This document shows, piece by piece, positions 19,165 through 27,518 of a DNA stretch of 64,000 nt. Numbering within the stretch: the first letter of the stretch is position 1; each line of letters opens with the position of its first letter. Location of the stretch: assembly GCA_965199955.1 (NCBI GenBank), contig CBDATQ010000001.1, positions 352,001 through 416,000 on the forward strand. Direction: 5' to 3'. Position numbers and translations under genes: made by a program. Below the pieces are notes generated by a model that worked only from the letters and a program-made list of their open reading frames with translations, was not told the DNA's origin and searched no databases. The DNA comes from Spirochaetia bacterium (lineage in GTDB: Bacteria > Spirochaetota > Spirochaetia > SZUA-6 > Bin103).

Positions 19165-19614
19165 TCACGACTCGCCCGTCCAGTCGGGCGGCAAGGGCTG
19201 CCGGCCGGCGTAGCCTTCCTCGATGCGGTGGTAGAAGGCGAGCTCGGGCTCGTCGCTGCGCCAGCACAGGAACACCTGCTCGTCGTCGATGATCGCCGGA
19301 AAGTCGACCAGTCCCATCTCGAAGTTCCAGTCCTTGTAGAGGCAGCCCATCGACTCCAGCTCCGCCAGGTACTCCAGCAGGGCGGCGCGATGCTCCTGAA
19401 TGACCGGATCCTCCTCGAACAGCCGCTCGGCGGCGCGGCGCTGCTCGCCGCGCGTCGAGCCGGCCGCCACCGCTGCGCGGGCGCGCCGAGGCGCGGTGTC
19501 CTCCAGGTACTCCCGCAGGCTCCGGCCGGTGTCCAGGATGTCGGCGACGATCCGCTTGACCAGCGGCAGCGTCCGCACCGCGTCGGATCGAGAGAAGTAG
19601 CGTTGGAAGTCCAT
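19165..19614 (-). CDS. DUF2203 family protein
   Basis: F...A.R.LP.V and KD...GLVDFP....V.LCWR.DE....YH...GYAGR motifs. Confidence 0.9.
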   Translation of the reverse strand: MDFQRYFSRSDAVRTLPLVKRIVADILDTGRSLREYLEDTAPRRARAAVAAGSTRGEQRRAAERLFEEDPVIQEHRAALLEYLAELESMGCLYKDWNFEMGLVDFPAIIDDEQVFLCWRSDEPELAFYHRIEEGYAGRQPLPPDWTGES

Positions 19615-19689
19615 GCGGTGCTCCCGGGGGCGGCCCGACCGTACGGGAGCCGTCCGCGGGGGTCAACCGGCGCGTGCGCGGTAACCTTG

Positions 19690-20152
19690 GCCGCCTGTGG
19701 GCGAGGTCGAACCCGGACGCATGTTCGTGTTCGAAACAGGCGAGTTGATCCCGAGCTACATTGTCAACTTCCCTACCAAGCGCCATTGGCGCGGAAACAG
19801 CCGACTCGAGGACATCCAAGTGGGGCTCGAAGCGCTCGTCGTCGAGATCGAGCAGCGTAAAATCCGTTCTATCGCGCTGCCGCCGCTCGGATGCGGGCTC
19901 GGCGGGCTCGATTGGCGACAGGTGAAGCGGCTCATACACGACGCTTTCTCCGCGCTGCCCGACGTCGAGACAGCAGTGTTCGAGCCTGGCGGATATTCTC
20001 CGCCGGTTCTGGACCCGAAAGAAAAGCCTCCGGCCATGACACCGGGACGCGCAACGTATAGGTGGAGTCCTCGGAAGCGGCAGTTCGCGCGCAACCAGAT
20101 CGCCTCTGCGATTGGGATTCTGCGAGACGGTGATTGGCCGCAGGGGATCTGA
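19690..20152 (+). pseudogene. DarG-like macrodomain antitoxin remnant (5' truncated, internally deleted)
   Basis: IVNFPTKRHWR, SIALPPLGCGLGGLDW and MTPGRA joined directly to the terminal TYRWSPRK..F..NQI motif. Confidence 0.8.
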
Positions 20153-20180
20153 CGCTCGGAGGCGTGCTACGTTGATCGTG

Positions 20181-21500
20181 ATGGCGGAGTTACGGGCGTT
20201 GGTCTACGCCGATGCGAACGATCGGCGCAGGATTGAGGCGCTCCTGGAGCGGCTCGCCGGGGCAGTGGGAGGCGACCGGGAGTTGAGCGATGCGGTTGCC
20301 GGGTTCATCGCCGACGTGCGCGGCGAGGGAGACGCGGCCCTGGTCGCGCACATGCGCGCGTTCAGCAATCCGGAGTTCGACGACTCGATGCTGCGCGTGC
20401 CGCCTCGCGCACTGCGGGCCGCGGCGGATCGCATCGCGCCGGAGTTGCGCGCCGCCGTGGAGCGGGCGATCGAGCACGTGCGGCGCTACCAGGAGCACAT
20501 CGCGCCCGCCCCGCCGCCGCCGGTCGAGATCGACGGGGCCCGGCTGGGCCTGCGCGTGGAGCCGGTCGGCTCGGCGGGCCTGCTGGTGCCGGGCGGGCGG
20601 GCCGCCTATCCGTCGACGCTGATCATGCTGGCGGTGCCGGCTCAGGTGGCCGGCGTCGAGCGCATCTGCCTGGCCACGCCGCCTCCCGACTCCGACCGCG
20701 GCACGGCGAAGCGCGCCATCGACGACAGCGTGCTGGCCGCCGCGCACCTGCTGGGCATCGGCGAGGTGTACTGCATCGGGGGGAGCCATGCCGTGGCCGC
20801 CCTGGCCTGCGGGACGCCGACCGTTCCCGCTGTGGACTTCATCGCCGGACCCGGCAGCGTCTACGTTCAGGAAGCCAAGCGGCAGCTCTTCGGCACCGTC
20901 GGCGTGGACGGCCTCTACGGGCCGAGCGAGATCGCCATCCTGGCGGACCAGTCGGCGGACCCGGCCTGGGTCGCCGCGGACGTGCTGGCTCAGCTCGAGC
21001 ACGATCCCGGCGCGGCGTTCGTCGTGTCGGTCCATGCCGAGGTTCTCGACCGCGTCCGCTCCGCGCTGGAGCGCCAGATCCGCGAGCGCGGCCGGCAGGA
21101 GGCCATCGAGCGCGGGCTCCGCGAGTTCACCGCCTTCGTGCTGGCCGCCGACGTCAAGGAGGCGTGCGCGATCATGAATCGCATCGCCCCGGAGCACGCC
21201 GTGCTGGCGGTGGCCGATCCGCACGCCGTGCTGGACCGCGTGCACAACGCCGGGGCCTACTTCCTCGGCGCCGCTCCGGTGGCGAGCGGCGACTACTACG
21301 CCGGGCCGAGCCACTGCCTGCCGACCGGCTCCACGGCGCGGTTTTCCTCAGGCTGCAGCGTCTATACGTTCCTGCGCCGAGCCAGCCTGGAGGAATACCC
21401 GAAGGGCATGACCCGCCGGACGATCGACGACATCGCCGTGCTGGCCGAGGCGGAGGGCCTGGACGCGCACGCCGCCAGCGTGCGCATGCGCGGCGACTGA
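20181..21500 (+). CDS. hisD: Histidinol dehydrogenase
   Basis: VPGGRAAYPST, GPSE, QLEHD, APEH and GDYYAGPSHCLPT motifs. Confidence 0.95.
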   Translation: MAELRALVYADANDRRRIEALLERLAGAVGGDRELSDAVAGFIADVRGEGDAALVAHMRAFSNPEFDDSMLRVPPRALRAAADRIAPELRAAVERAIEHVRRYQEHIAPAPPPPVEIDGARLGLRVEPVGSAGLLVPGGRAAYPSTLIMLAVPAQVAGVERICLATPPPDSDRGTAKRAIDDSVLAAAHLLGIGEVYCIGGSHAVAALACGTPTVPAVDFIAGPGSVYVQEAKRQLFGTVGVDGLYGPSEIAILADQSADPAWVAADVLAQLEHDPGAAFVVSVHAEVLDRVRSALERQIRERGRQEAIERGLREFTAFVLAADVKEACAIMNRIAPEHAVLAVADPHAVLDRVHNAGAYFLGAAPVASGDYYAGPSHCLPTGSTARFSSGCSVYTFLRRASLEEYPKGMTRRTIDDIAVLAEAEGLDAHAASVRMRGD

Positions 21501-21519
21501 ACCCGACGGCGCGCGGGGG

Positions 21520-22215
21520 TCAGGCCGGCTGGCGGGCCAGGGGTCCGGAGTCGAGCGGCCGCGCCAGGACCTTGGATGCGGCCTGCGTGCCGATGGTCAC
21601 GGTGCCGTGGTCGGTGCGGAGCGTAACCGCGTCGGCGGCCTGATCGATCGACTCGACCCTGACGCGGCTGCCGGGTTGCAGGCTGCTGCGGTGCACGAAC
21701 TGCAGAAATTCCGGATCCTGGTCGGTCACGCGCTCGACGCGCAGCTCGGCTTCCTCCGGCTGTTCCATGAGGCTGCTGAAGACGGTCTGGTCTATCTGGC
21801 CGCGCCGGGTGGGAATCGGGTCGCCGTGCGGGTCGACGGTGGGGTGGTCGAGCAACGCGTCGATGCGGGTAAGGACAACGTCGGATATGGCGTGCTCCAG
21901 GTTGTCGGCCTCGCGGTGGACCTCCGACCAGTCCAGTCCCAGCACCTCCACCAGGAACAGCTCCACCAGCCGGTGACGCCGCAGGACGTCGAGGGCCAGC
22001 GACTCGCCCGTCCCGGTCAGACGGCTGCCGTTGCGCGGTGAGTACTCGATCAGCCCCAGGCCTGCCAGGGTCTTCATCATGGAGGTGGCGGTTCCCGGCG
22101 AAACGTCCATCGCCTCGGCGATCCGGCCCATCGGCAGGTATCCCCCGGGGCGCTCGCGATGGCGCAGGTAGATCGCCTTGACATAGTTTTCGACGGTGCT
22201 CGAATAGGCGCTCAC
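21520..22215 (-). CDS. DtxR/MntR family metal-dependent regulator with FeoA domain
   Basis: ENYVKAIY, RRHRLVELFL, EADNLEH and DPHGDPIP motifs; GTGA-coupled to the SDR gene. Confidence 0.92.
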   Translation of the reverse strand: MSAYSSTVENYVKAIYLRHRERPGGYLPMGRIAEAMDVSPGTATSMMKTLAGLGLIEYSPRNGSRLTGTGESLALDVLRRHRLVELFLVEVLGLDWSEVHREADNLEHAISDVVLTRIDALLDHPTVDPHGDPIPTRRGQIDQTVFSSLMEQPEEAELRVERVTDQDPEFLQFVHRSSLQPGSRVRVESIDQAADAVTLRTDHGTVTIGTQAASKVLARPLDSGPLARQPA

Positions 22216-23006
22216 GGCTTCGGGTTGGCGGCTCGGGCGGCGCCGGTGGTCATGCCGCCGTCGACCAGCAGGATCTGGCCGGTGACATACTCGGATGCCT
22301 CCGAGGCAAGGAAGACCACGGCGCCGTCCAGATCGGTTGGGGTGCCCAGCCGCTTCAGCGGGATGCGATCGACAATGTAATCCCGCCACTCGGCGTCCTG
22401 GAACAGCACCTCCGTCTGCGCGGTGTGGAACCAGCCGGGGGCAAGGCAGTTCACGGTGATGCCGTGCGGGCCGAGCGCGTCGGCGAGCGCCCGCGACATC
22501 TGCAGCACGCCGCCTCGGCTGGCGACATAGGGGACGACGGCGCCGAAGCCGAACACGCTGGTGACCGAGCCGATGTTGATCACGCGGCCGTAGCCGCGCT
22601 CGATCATCCCCGGCGCAAACGCCTGGGTGACGAAGAAGCCGCTACGCAGGTTGGTCTCCAGGACGGTGTCCCAGTCGTCCCAGGTGGTGTCCAGGAACGG
22701 CTTGCGGACGTTGCAGCCGGCGTTGTTGACCACGATGTCCACGGCGCCGAGGTCTTCGGCGACCGCCTCTCCGAAGGCTCGCACGCTGGACTCGGAACGG
22801 ACATCCAGGGAGTAGGCGCGCGCCGTGCCGCCCAGATCGTGAATTTCTCCGATCGTGTCGGCGCAGTCGCGCGCGTCGCGCGCCGAGATCACCAGCGACG
22901 CCCCGGCGCGGGCCAGCGCCTTGCTCATGTAGCGGCCCAGCCCGCGGCTGGCGCCGGTCACGACCGCGGTGCGGCCGCTGAGATCGAACCGGTCCGCTCC
23001 GCTCAT
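22212..23006 (-). CDS. SDR oxidoreductase (gluconate 5-dehydrogenase/KduD-like)
   Basis: TGASRGLG and NNAG motifs; YxxxR in place of YxxxK. Confidence 0.9.
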   Translation of the reverse strand: MSGADRFDLSGRTAVVTGASRGLGRYMSKALARAGASLVISARDARDCADTIGEIHDLGGTARAYSLDVRSESSVRAFGEAVAEDLGAVDIVVNNAGCNVRKPFLDTTWDDWDTVLETNLRSGFFVTQAFAPGMIERGYGRVINIGSVTSVFGFGAVVPYVASRGGVLQMSRALADALGPHGITVNCLAPGWFHTAQTEVLFQDAEWRDYIVDRIPLKRLGTPTDLDGAVVFLASEASEYVTGQILLVDGGMTTGAARAANPKP

Positions 23007-23470
23007 TCGCCGCCCCCGGCGGCCATTTCCAGGGCCGCCAGCGCCGCCTCCCGACCGCGGTTCACGAAGCCGCCGGCGCGGGCCAGGGCCTGCTCCTGAT
23101 CGTTGGCGCTTACCACGCCGAGCAAGACCGGCACGCCGGTGTCGAGCGCGACCTGCGTGATCCCGCCAGCGACCGCGTGGGCCACCAGTTCGTCATGGTT
23201 GGTTTCCCCCTTGATAATGCAGCCCACGCAGATGACGGCGCTCACGTCCCCGGACTGCGCCAGCCGCTGCGCCGCGAGCGGCAGCTCGAACGAGCCGGGC
23301 ACCCACGCCACCTGCACGTCCCGGTCGGCGACGCCGTGTTCGGTGAGTGCCTCGGTGGCACCGTCCACCAGCCGCCCGGTGACCTCGTGGTTGTAGCGGC
23401 TGGCGGCGATGGCGAAGCGGCGTCCGGTGCCGTCCAGCACCGCCGGCGGAGCGGGCGCGGCGGCCTTCAT
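23003..23470 (-). CDS. ribH: 6,7-dimethyl-8-ribityllumazine synthase
   Basis: VPGSFELP, IKGETNH, QALARAG and GREAA motifs. Confidence 0.96.
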   Translation of the reverse strand: MKAAAPAPPAVLDGTGRRFAIAASRYNHEVTGRLVDGATEALTEHGVADRDVQVAWVPGSFELPLAAQRLAQSGDVSAVICVGCIIKGETNHDELVAHAVAGGITQVALDTGVPVLLGVVSANDQEQALARAGGFVNRGREAALAALEMAAGGGE

Positions 23471-24705
23471 GAGGCGAGTTGGGCGACATGCAGCATCGGC
23501 ACCTTCAGGCGGCGTGCAAGCCTCGACAATCCGGCCCGGCGTGCCATGCCGCCGTCGTCGTCAAGCACCGGGCAGATGGCAGCGGCCGCGGGCAGGCCGG
23601 CGCGCGCGGCCAGCTCCACCGCCGCCTCGGTGTGGCCGGCGCGTACGGCCACACCGCCCGGATCGGCGACCAGCGGAAAGAGGTGGCCCGGCCGGGCGAA
23701 GTCGGCGGGGGACGCCTGGGGGTCGGCGACCGCCCGCAGCGTGGCGGCGCGGTCGTGGGCGGACTCGCCCGTGGTGGTGCCGCGCACGGCGTCGATCGAG
23801 ACGGTGAAGCGCGTGCCGTGCAGCGCGGTGTTCACCTGCGCCATCGGCGGAAGATCGAGTTGCTCGGCCCGCTCGGCGGTGATCGCCGCGCACAGCAGGC
23901 CGCTGGCCTGGCGCAGCATGCAGGTGGCGATCCGCGGGGTGACCAGGGACGCGGCCGCCACCAGGTCGCCTTCGTTCTCGCGGTCGACGTCGTCGATCAT
24001 CAGCACCATCTCGCCGCGGGCGATCGCCTCCGCGGCCTTGTCCACGCTGGCCATGGGTACCGGCTCGTCGGCGTCGGCGGCGGGATTCGCCGTCTTGCCG
24101 GCGGCGCCGCCGACGTGTGGGCCTGCAAGCCGCTCCACGTACTTGGCGATCATGTCGACCTCGACATTGACCGGATCGCCCACGCGCCGGTCGGTCAGGG
24201 TGGTCGCGCACGCGGTGTGGGGGATGATCGAGAAGCCGGCGCGGTCGTCCTCGAGCCCGGCGACCGTGAGGCTGACCCCGTCGATGGCGATCGAGCCTTC
24301 CAGCACGACATACGGCAGCAGCGGCCTCGGCAGCCGTACCTCCAGCCAGCGTGCCGCGCCGAGCTTCTCCCACCGGGTGACGGTACCGGTGTCGTTGACG
24401 TGGCCCTGCACCAGGTGGCCGTCGACCCGGTTGCCGAATGCCAGCGGACGCTCCAGGTTGACGCGCCGCCCTGCCGCGAAGGACCCCAGCGTGGTCTTGC
24501 GCAGGGTAGCGCCGACGCTGTCGATGGTCAGCGTGCGGCCGTCAATGGCGACCACCGTCTGGCAGACGCCGTCCACGGCGATCGACGCGCCCACCTGGGT
24601 GCCGCCCAGCACGGTGCGGCCACCGATGGTCATGCGCGCCGCGTCCGCGGCGGGCCGGGTGAGGGCGGTGACGACGCCCACTTCCTCTACGATACCGCTG
24701 AACAT
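23467..24705 (-). CDS. ribE: Fused riboflavin synthase / DHBP synthase (RibE-RibB)
   Basis: N-terminal MFSGIV, GVCQT, GHLVQGHV, GVSLTV and VNVEVD; C-terminal DRENEGDL, RPGHLFPL and GHTEAA. Confidence 0.93.
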   Translation of the reverse strand: MFSGIVEEVGVVTALTRPAADAARMTIGGRTVLGGTQVGASIAVDGVCQTVVAIDGRTLTIDSVGATLRKTTLGSFAAGRRVNLERPLAFGNRVDGHLVQGHVNDTGTVTRWEKLGAARWLEVRLPRPLLPYVVLEGSIAIDGVSLTVAGLEDDRAGFSIIPHTACATTLTDRRVGDPVNVEVDMIAKYVERLAGPHVGGAAGKTANPAADADEPVPMASVDKAAEAIARGEMVLMIDDVDRENEGDLVAAASLVTPRIATCMLRQASGLLCAAITAERAEQLDLPPMAQVNTALHGTRFTVSIDAVRGTTTGESAHDRAATLRAVADPQASPADFARPGHLFPLVADPGGVAVRAGHTEAAVELAARAGLPAAAAICPVLDDDGGMARRAGLSRLARRLKVPMLHVAQLAS

Positions 24706-25871
24706 CCCGCCTCCTGCGACTCCGTCCGGGGGAGTGGTCCGCTGCCGGCGTGGCCGAGCGTCGCGGCCAGCGACCGGTAGCCGGTGACGATCACCTGGTC
24801 GTTGACCTGCCGGTGGCTGACGCGCTCCAGGCGAAGGGCGTCGACCAGGCGAGCGTTTCCCAGGTCGCCCACCGCTTCGATTCCCGAGCCGATGACGATC
24901 GGCGCCACTACCACGACCAGCTTGTCGAACAGTCCCTGCCGGATCAGCTCGGTGTGGAGCACCGCCCCGCCCTCGACCAGCACCGAGGTGACGCCCGCGC
25001 CGGCCAGGGCCGCGAGCGCCCGGTCCAGCGCCACCCGGCCGTCCGCGGTGCTTCCCACCACCGCCACGTGCGCGCCGGCGCGTTCCAGGGCGGCGCGCGC
25101 GCGCCGGTCATGCCGGTCGGTGGTGAGCACCAGCGGCTCGCGCTCGCCGGCCATCATGCGGGCCGCGGGCGGCAGGCGCAGGGTCGAGTCGACGACCACC
25201 GGCAATGGCTGGCGGTCGCGCAGCAGCGGACTGAGCCGCACGGTGAGCTCCGGGTCATCGGCTACCGCGGTGCCGGCACCCACCATGATCGCGTCGTGAC
25301 CGGAGCGCAGCTCGTGCGTCATCACCCGAGCGTCGCGGTCGGAGATCCAGCGCGAGTCCCCGCCGGCGGTGGCGATGCGGCCGTCGATCGACTGCGCGAC
25401 CTTGAGCGTCACGAACGGCATGCCGGTACGGTGGAACTTGAAGTGCACGGCGTTGAACCGCGCGGCTTCGTCCTCCAACACCCGCTCGATCACCTCGATC
25501 CCGGCCTCGCGCAACATGCGCACGCCTGCGCCGTCGACCTTCGGGTGCGGATCGGCGGTGGCGATCACCACGCGGCGCACCCCCTCGCGGATGATCCGCT
25601 GTGCGCACGGCGGCGTGTGCTTGCCGACTCCCGTCCAGCAGCAGGGCTCCAGGTTGGTGTAGAGGGTGGTCCCGGCCGCGCCCCCGGCGGCCGCGGCGCG
25701 GTCCAGCGCGACTGCCTCGGCATGGTCGCCGCGTTCGTTGAGATGGCCTTCGCCGATGATCCGGCCGTCGCGGACGACCAGCGCGCCGGTCAGGGGATTG
25801 GGCGAGCTCCGCCACTGTCCGTGGCGGGCCAGTTCCAGCACCCGACGCATCAGCCCCTCGTGGTCATCCAT
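24687..25871 (-). CDS. ribD: Bifunctional pyrimidine deaminase/reductase RibD
   Basis: PNP, HAE, LEPC...TPPC, QSIDG, SRWIS and VEGG motifs. Confidence 0.96.
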   Translation of the reverse strand: MDDHEGLMRRVLELARHGQWRSSPNPLTGALVVRDGRIIGEGHLNERGDHAEAVALDRAAAAGGAAGTTLYTNLEPCCWTGVGKHTPPCAQRIIREGVRRVVIATADPHPKVDGAGVRMLREAGIEVIERVLEDEAARFNAVHFKFHRTGMPFVTLKVAQSIDGRIATAGGDSRWISDRDARVMTHELRSGHDAIMVGAGTAVADDPELTVRLSPLLRDRQPLPVVVDSTLRLPPAARMMAGEREPLVLTTDRHDRRARAALERAGAHVAVVGSTADGRVALDRALAALAGAGVTSVLVEGGAVLHTELIRQGLFDKLVVVVAPIVIGSGIEAVGDLGNARLVDALRLERVSHRQVNDQVIVTGYRSLAATLGHAGSGPLPRTESQEAGCSAVS

Positions 25872-25960
25872 CGCCTGTCTCGTTCGGGGGGCATGCGTTG
25901 CCGCAGAAGCGCCACCCGGACACGGCTTGCGTGCAGGACGCACGCGGGCCTCTGCCCGGT

Positions 25961-26104
25961 CGAACTTCTCCCATCCGGACTATACCGTCGGCACCGGAAT
26001 TCCACCGGTTCCTGCTCCTGCTCATGCGATCGAGAGCTCACGGGCTTTCACCGTCGGTCTGGAATAGGCGCCCGTCAAGGCGCCGCACCAGGCCCCGAAG
26101 TTCG
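25961..26104 (-). ncRNA. FMN riboswitch (RFN element)
   Basis: Minus strand reads CUUCGGGGCCUGGUG...AUUCCAGACCGACGGU..AAGCCCG...CCGGUGGAAUUCCGGUGCCGACGGUAUAGUCCGGAUGGGAGAAG with a CGAACUUC/GAAGUUCG closing stem; lies upstream of ribD. Confidence 0.96.
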
Positions 26105-26118
26105 CTCTTTGGCAGACG

Positions 26119-26148
26119 AGGGTATCGGCCGGCTGGCGCCGGTGTCAA
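26119..26148 (-). promoter_or_regulatory. Sigma70-type promoter of the rib operon
   Basis: TTGACA-18 nt-TACCCT just upstream of the riboswitch. Confidence 0.65.
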
Positions 26149-26184
26149 ACGTCCGGTGAGTCTGCCGGGACGTCCCCCGCGGGC

Positions 26185-26907
26185 TCAGAGCATCGCGCGG
26201 CGGCCGAAGGCGAGCGCCATGGGGTCGCCGACCGGGACCGGACCGCGCATCAGGTACGGCTCGCCGTACTCGACGCCGATCAGGGAACCGTAGTAGCGGT
26301 GCCGGCCTTCCCAGGCCTCCAGATAGCCGGGGGATGAGATGGCCGTCTCCGGCTCGTCCCGGCCCGGATCGTGGAGCTGGGACCGGTAGCAGGCGGCGGC
26401 CTTTCGCTTGCGCTCCCAGTGGCCGCTGATGTCCACGACGAGCGACGGCCGAAACTGGTAGCGGCTCATGTAGTGCAGCATCGCTTCCGGGCGGTGCGGG
26501 GCGCCGCGGCCGGGGTGCTTGGCGACCCCGGCGAACCACCACGCCTCCTTGGCCAGCAGGCTGGCGTTGCTGTGGTCGGGATGGTGGTCCTCCCAATACG
26601 GGGCAAGCAGCATGCGCGGCCGGAGCTCGCGGAGCACCTCGACCAGGCGGACCCGGTTCTCCAGCGTGCAGGTCACCGCGCCGTCCGGGAGCTCCAGGTT
26701 GACCCGCTCGTCCAGGGCCAGAACCGCCGTGGCGGCGGCAGCTTCGGCATCGCGTTCTGCCGCCGTGCCGCGGGTGCCCGCCTCGCCGCGAGTCAGGTCG
26801 CACACGCCGATCGAGGCGCCGCCCGCCTGGGCGCGCAGCAGCAGCCCGGCGCAGGTCAGCTCGGCGTCGTCGGGATGCGCGCAGACCGCCAGCACGTCGA
26901 TCGGCAT
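26185..26907 (-). CDS. bshB1: PIG-L family deacetylase, bacillithiol biosynthesis BshB1-like
   Basis: AHPDDAEL, LTRGEAGTRG, HPDH and YRSQ motifs. Confidence 0.75.
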   Translation of the reverse strand: MPIDVLAVCAHPDDAELTCAGLLLRAQAGGASIGVCDLTRGEAGTRGTAAERDAEAAAATAVLALDERVNLELPDGAVTCTLENRVRLVEVLRELRPRMLLAPYWEDHHPDHSNASLLAKEAWWFAGVAKHPGRGAPHRPEAMLHYMSRYQFRPSLVVDISGHWERKRKAAACYRSQLHDPGRDEPETAISSPGYLEAWEGRHRYYGSLIGVEYGEPYLMRGPVPVGDPMALAFGRRAML

Positions 26908-27109
26908 CGGGGCGGATCATACGCCGCGGCCAGGCGCGCGGCGAGCCGGCCGGGCGTCGAGTTCGTGATCCAAGGGCCGCCGGCCGGCGGGCCCGGAGTA
27001 ACCGCCCCGGGACCGCCGCCTGTGGCGCCGCTCCCGGCCCAGCCTCACCTTCCCGTACGGGGTCCGTGGGATTGCCGCTGGCTCGCCAATCCGACAGACT
27101 CCCCTACCC

Positions 27110-27472
27110 GTGCCATGGCGGATGCTCCTGTTCCTGGTCGTGCTCGCCGTGGTGGTGTTGTTGTTCGCCGTCAACATGGAGCACCGCTCGCCCTTCTCGT
27201 ACGTCTTGGGGACGACCGGAGAGGTGCCGGTCTTCATGGCGCTGTTGCTGGCCTTCATCGCGGGGGCGCTGACCATGGTGCCGTTTACCATCGGTCCCCA
27301 CCGCCGGCGCAGGAGGAAGCACAGGCAGCCGGCTGTCACGGGTTCTCCTCAGGAACCGCAGCCGCAGTACTCGGCTCCGCAGGTCGGCGCTCCGCACGAT
27401 GAGCCGCCGGATGCGGAACGTCGGGCTCCGAAACGGAAAGAGCGCCGCCGGCGGCGCTCCGCCCGGACTTGA
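27110..27472 (+). CDS. LapA (DUF1049)-like small membrane protein
   Basis: Two TM helices with FAxxN and a basic tail. Confidence 0.65.
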   Translation: MPWRMLLFLVVLAVVVLLFAVNMEHRSPFSYVLGTTGEVPVFMALLLAFIAGALTMVPFTIGPHRRRRRKHRQPAVTGSPQEPQPQYSAPQVGAPHDEPPDAERRAPKRKERRRRRSART

Positions 27473-27518
27473 CCGCGACCGCGCGGGGGTCGAAGGTAGC
27501 TGCTGAACCTGCGAGTCC

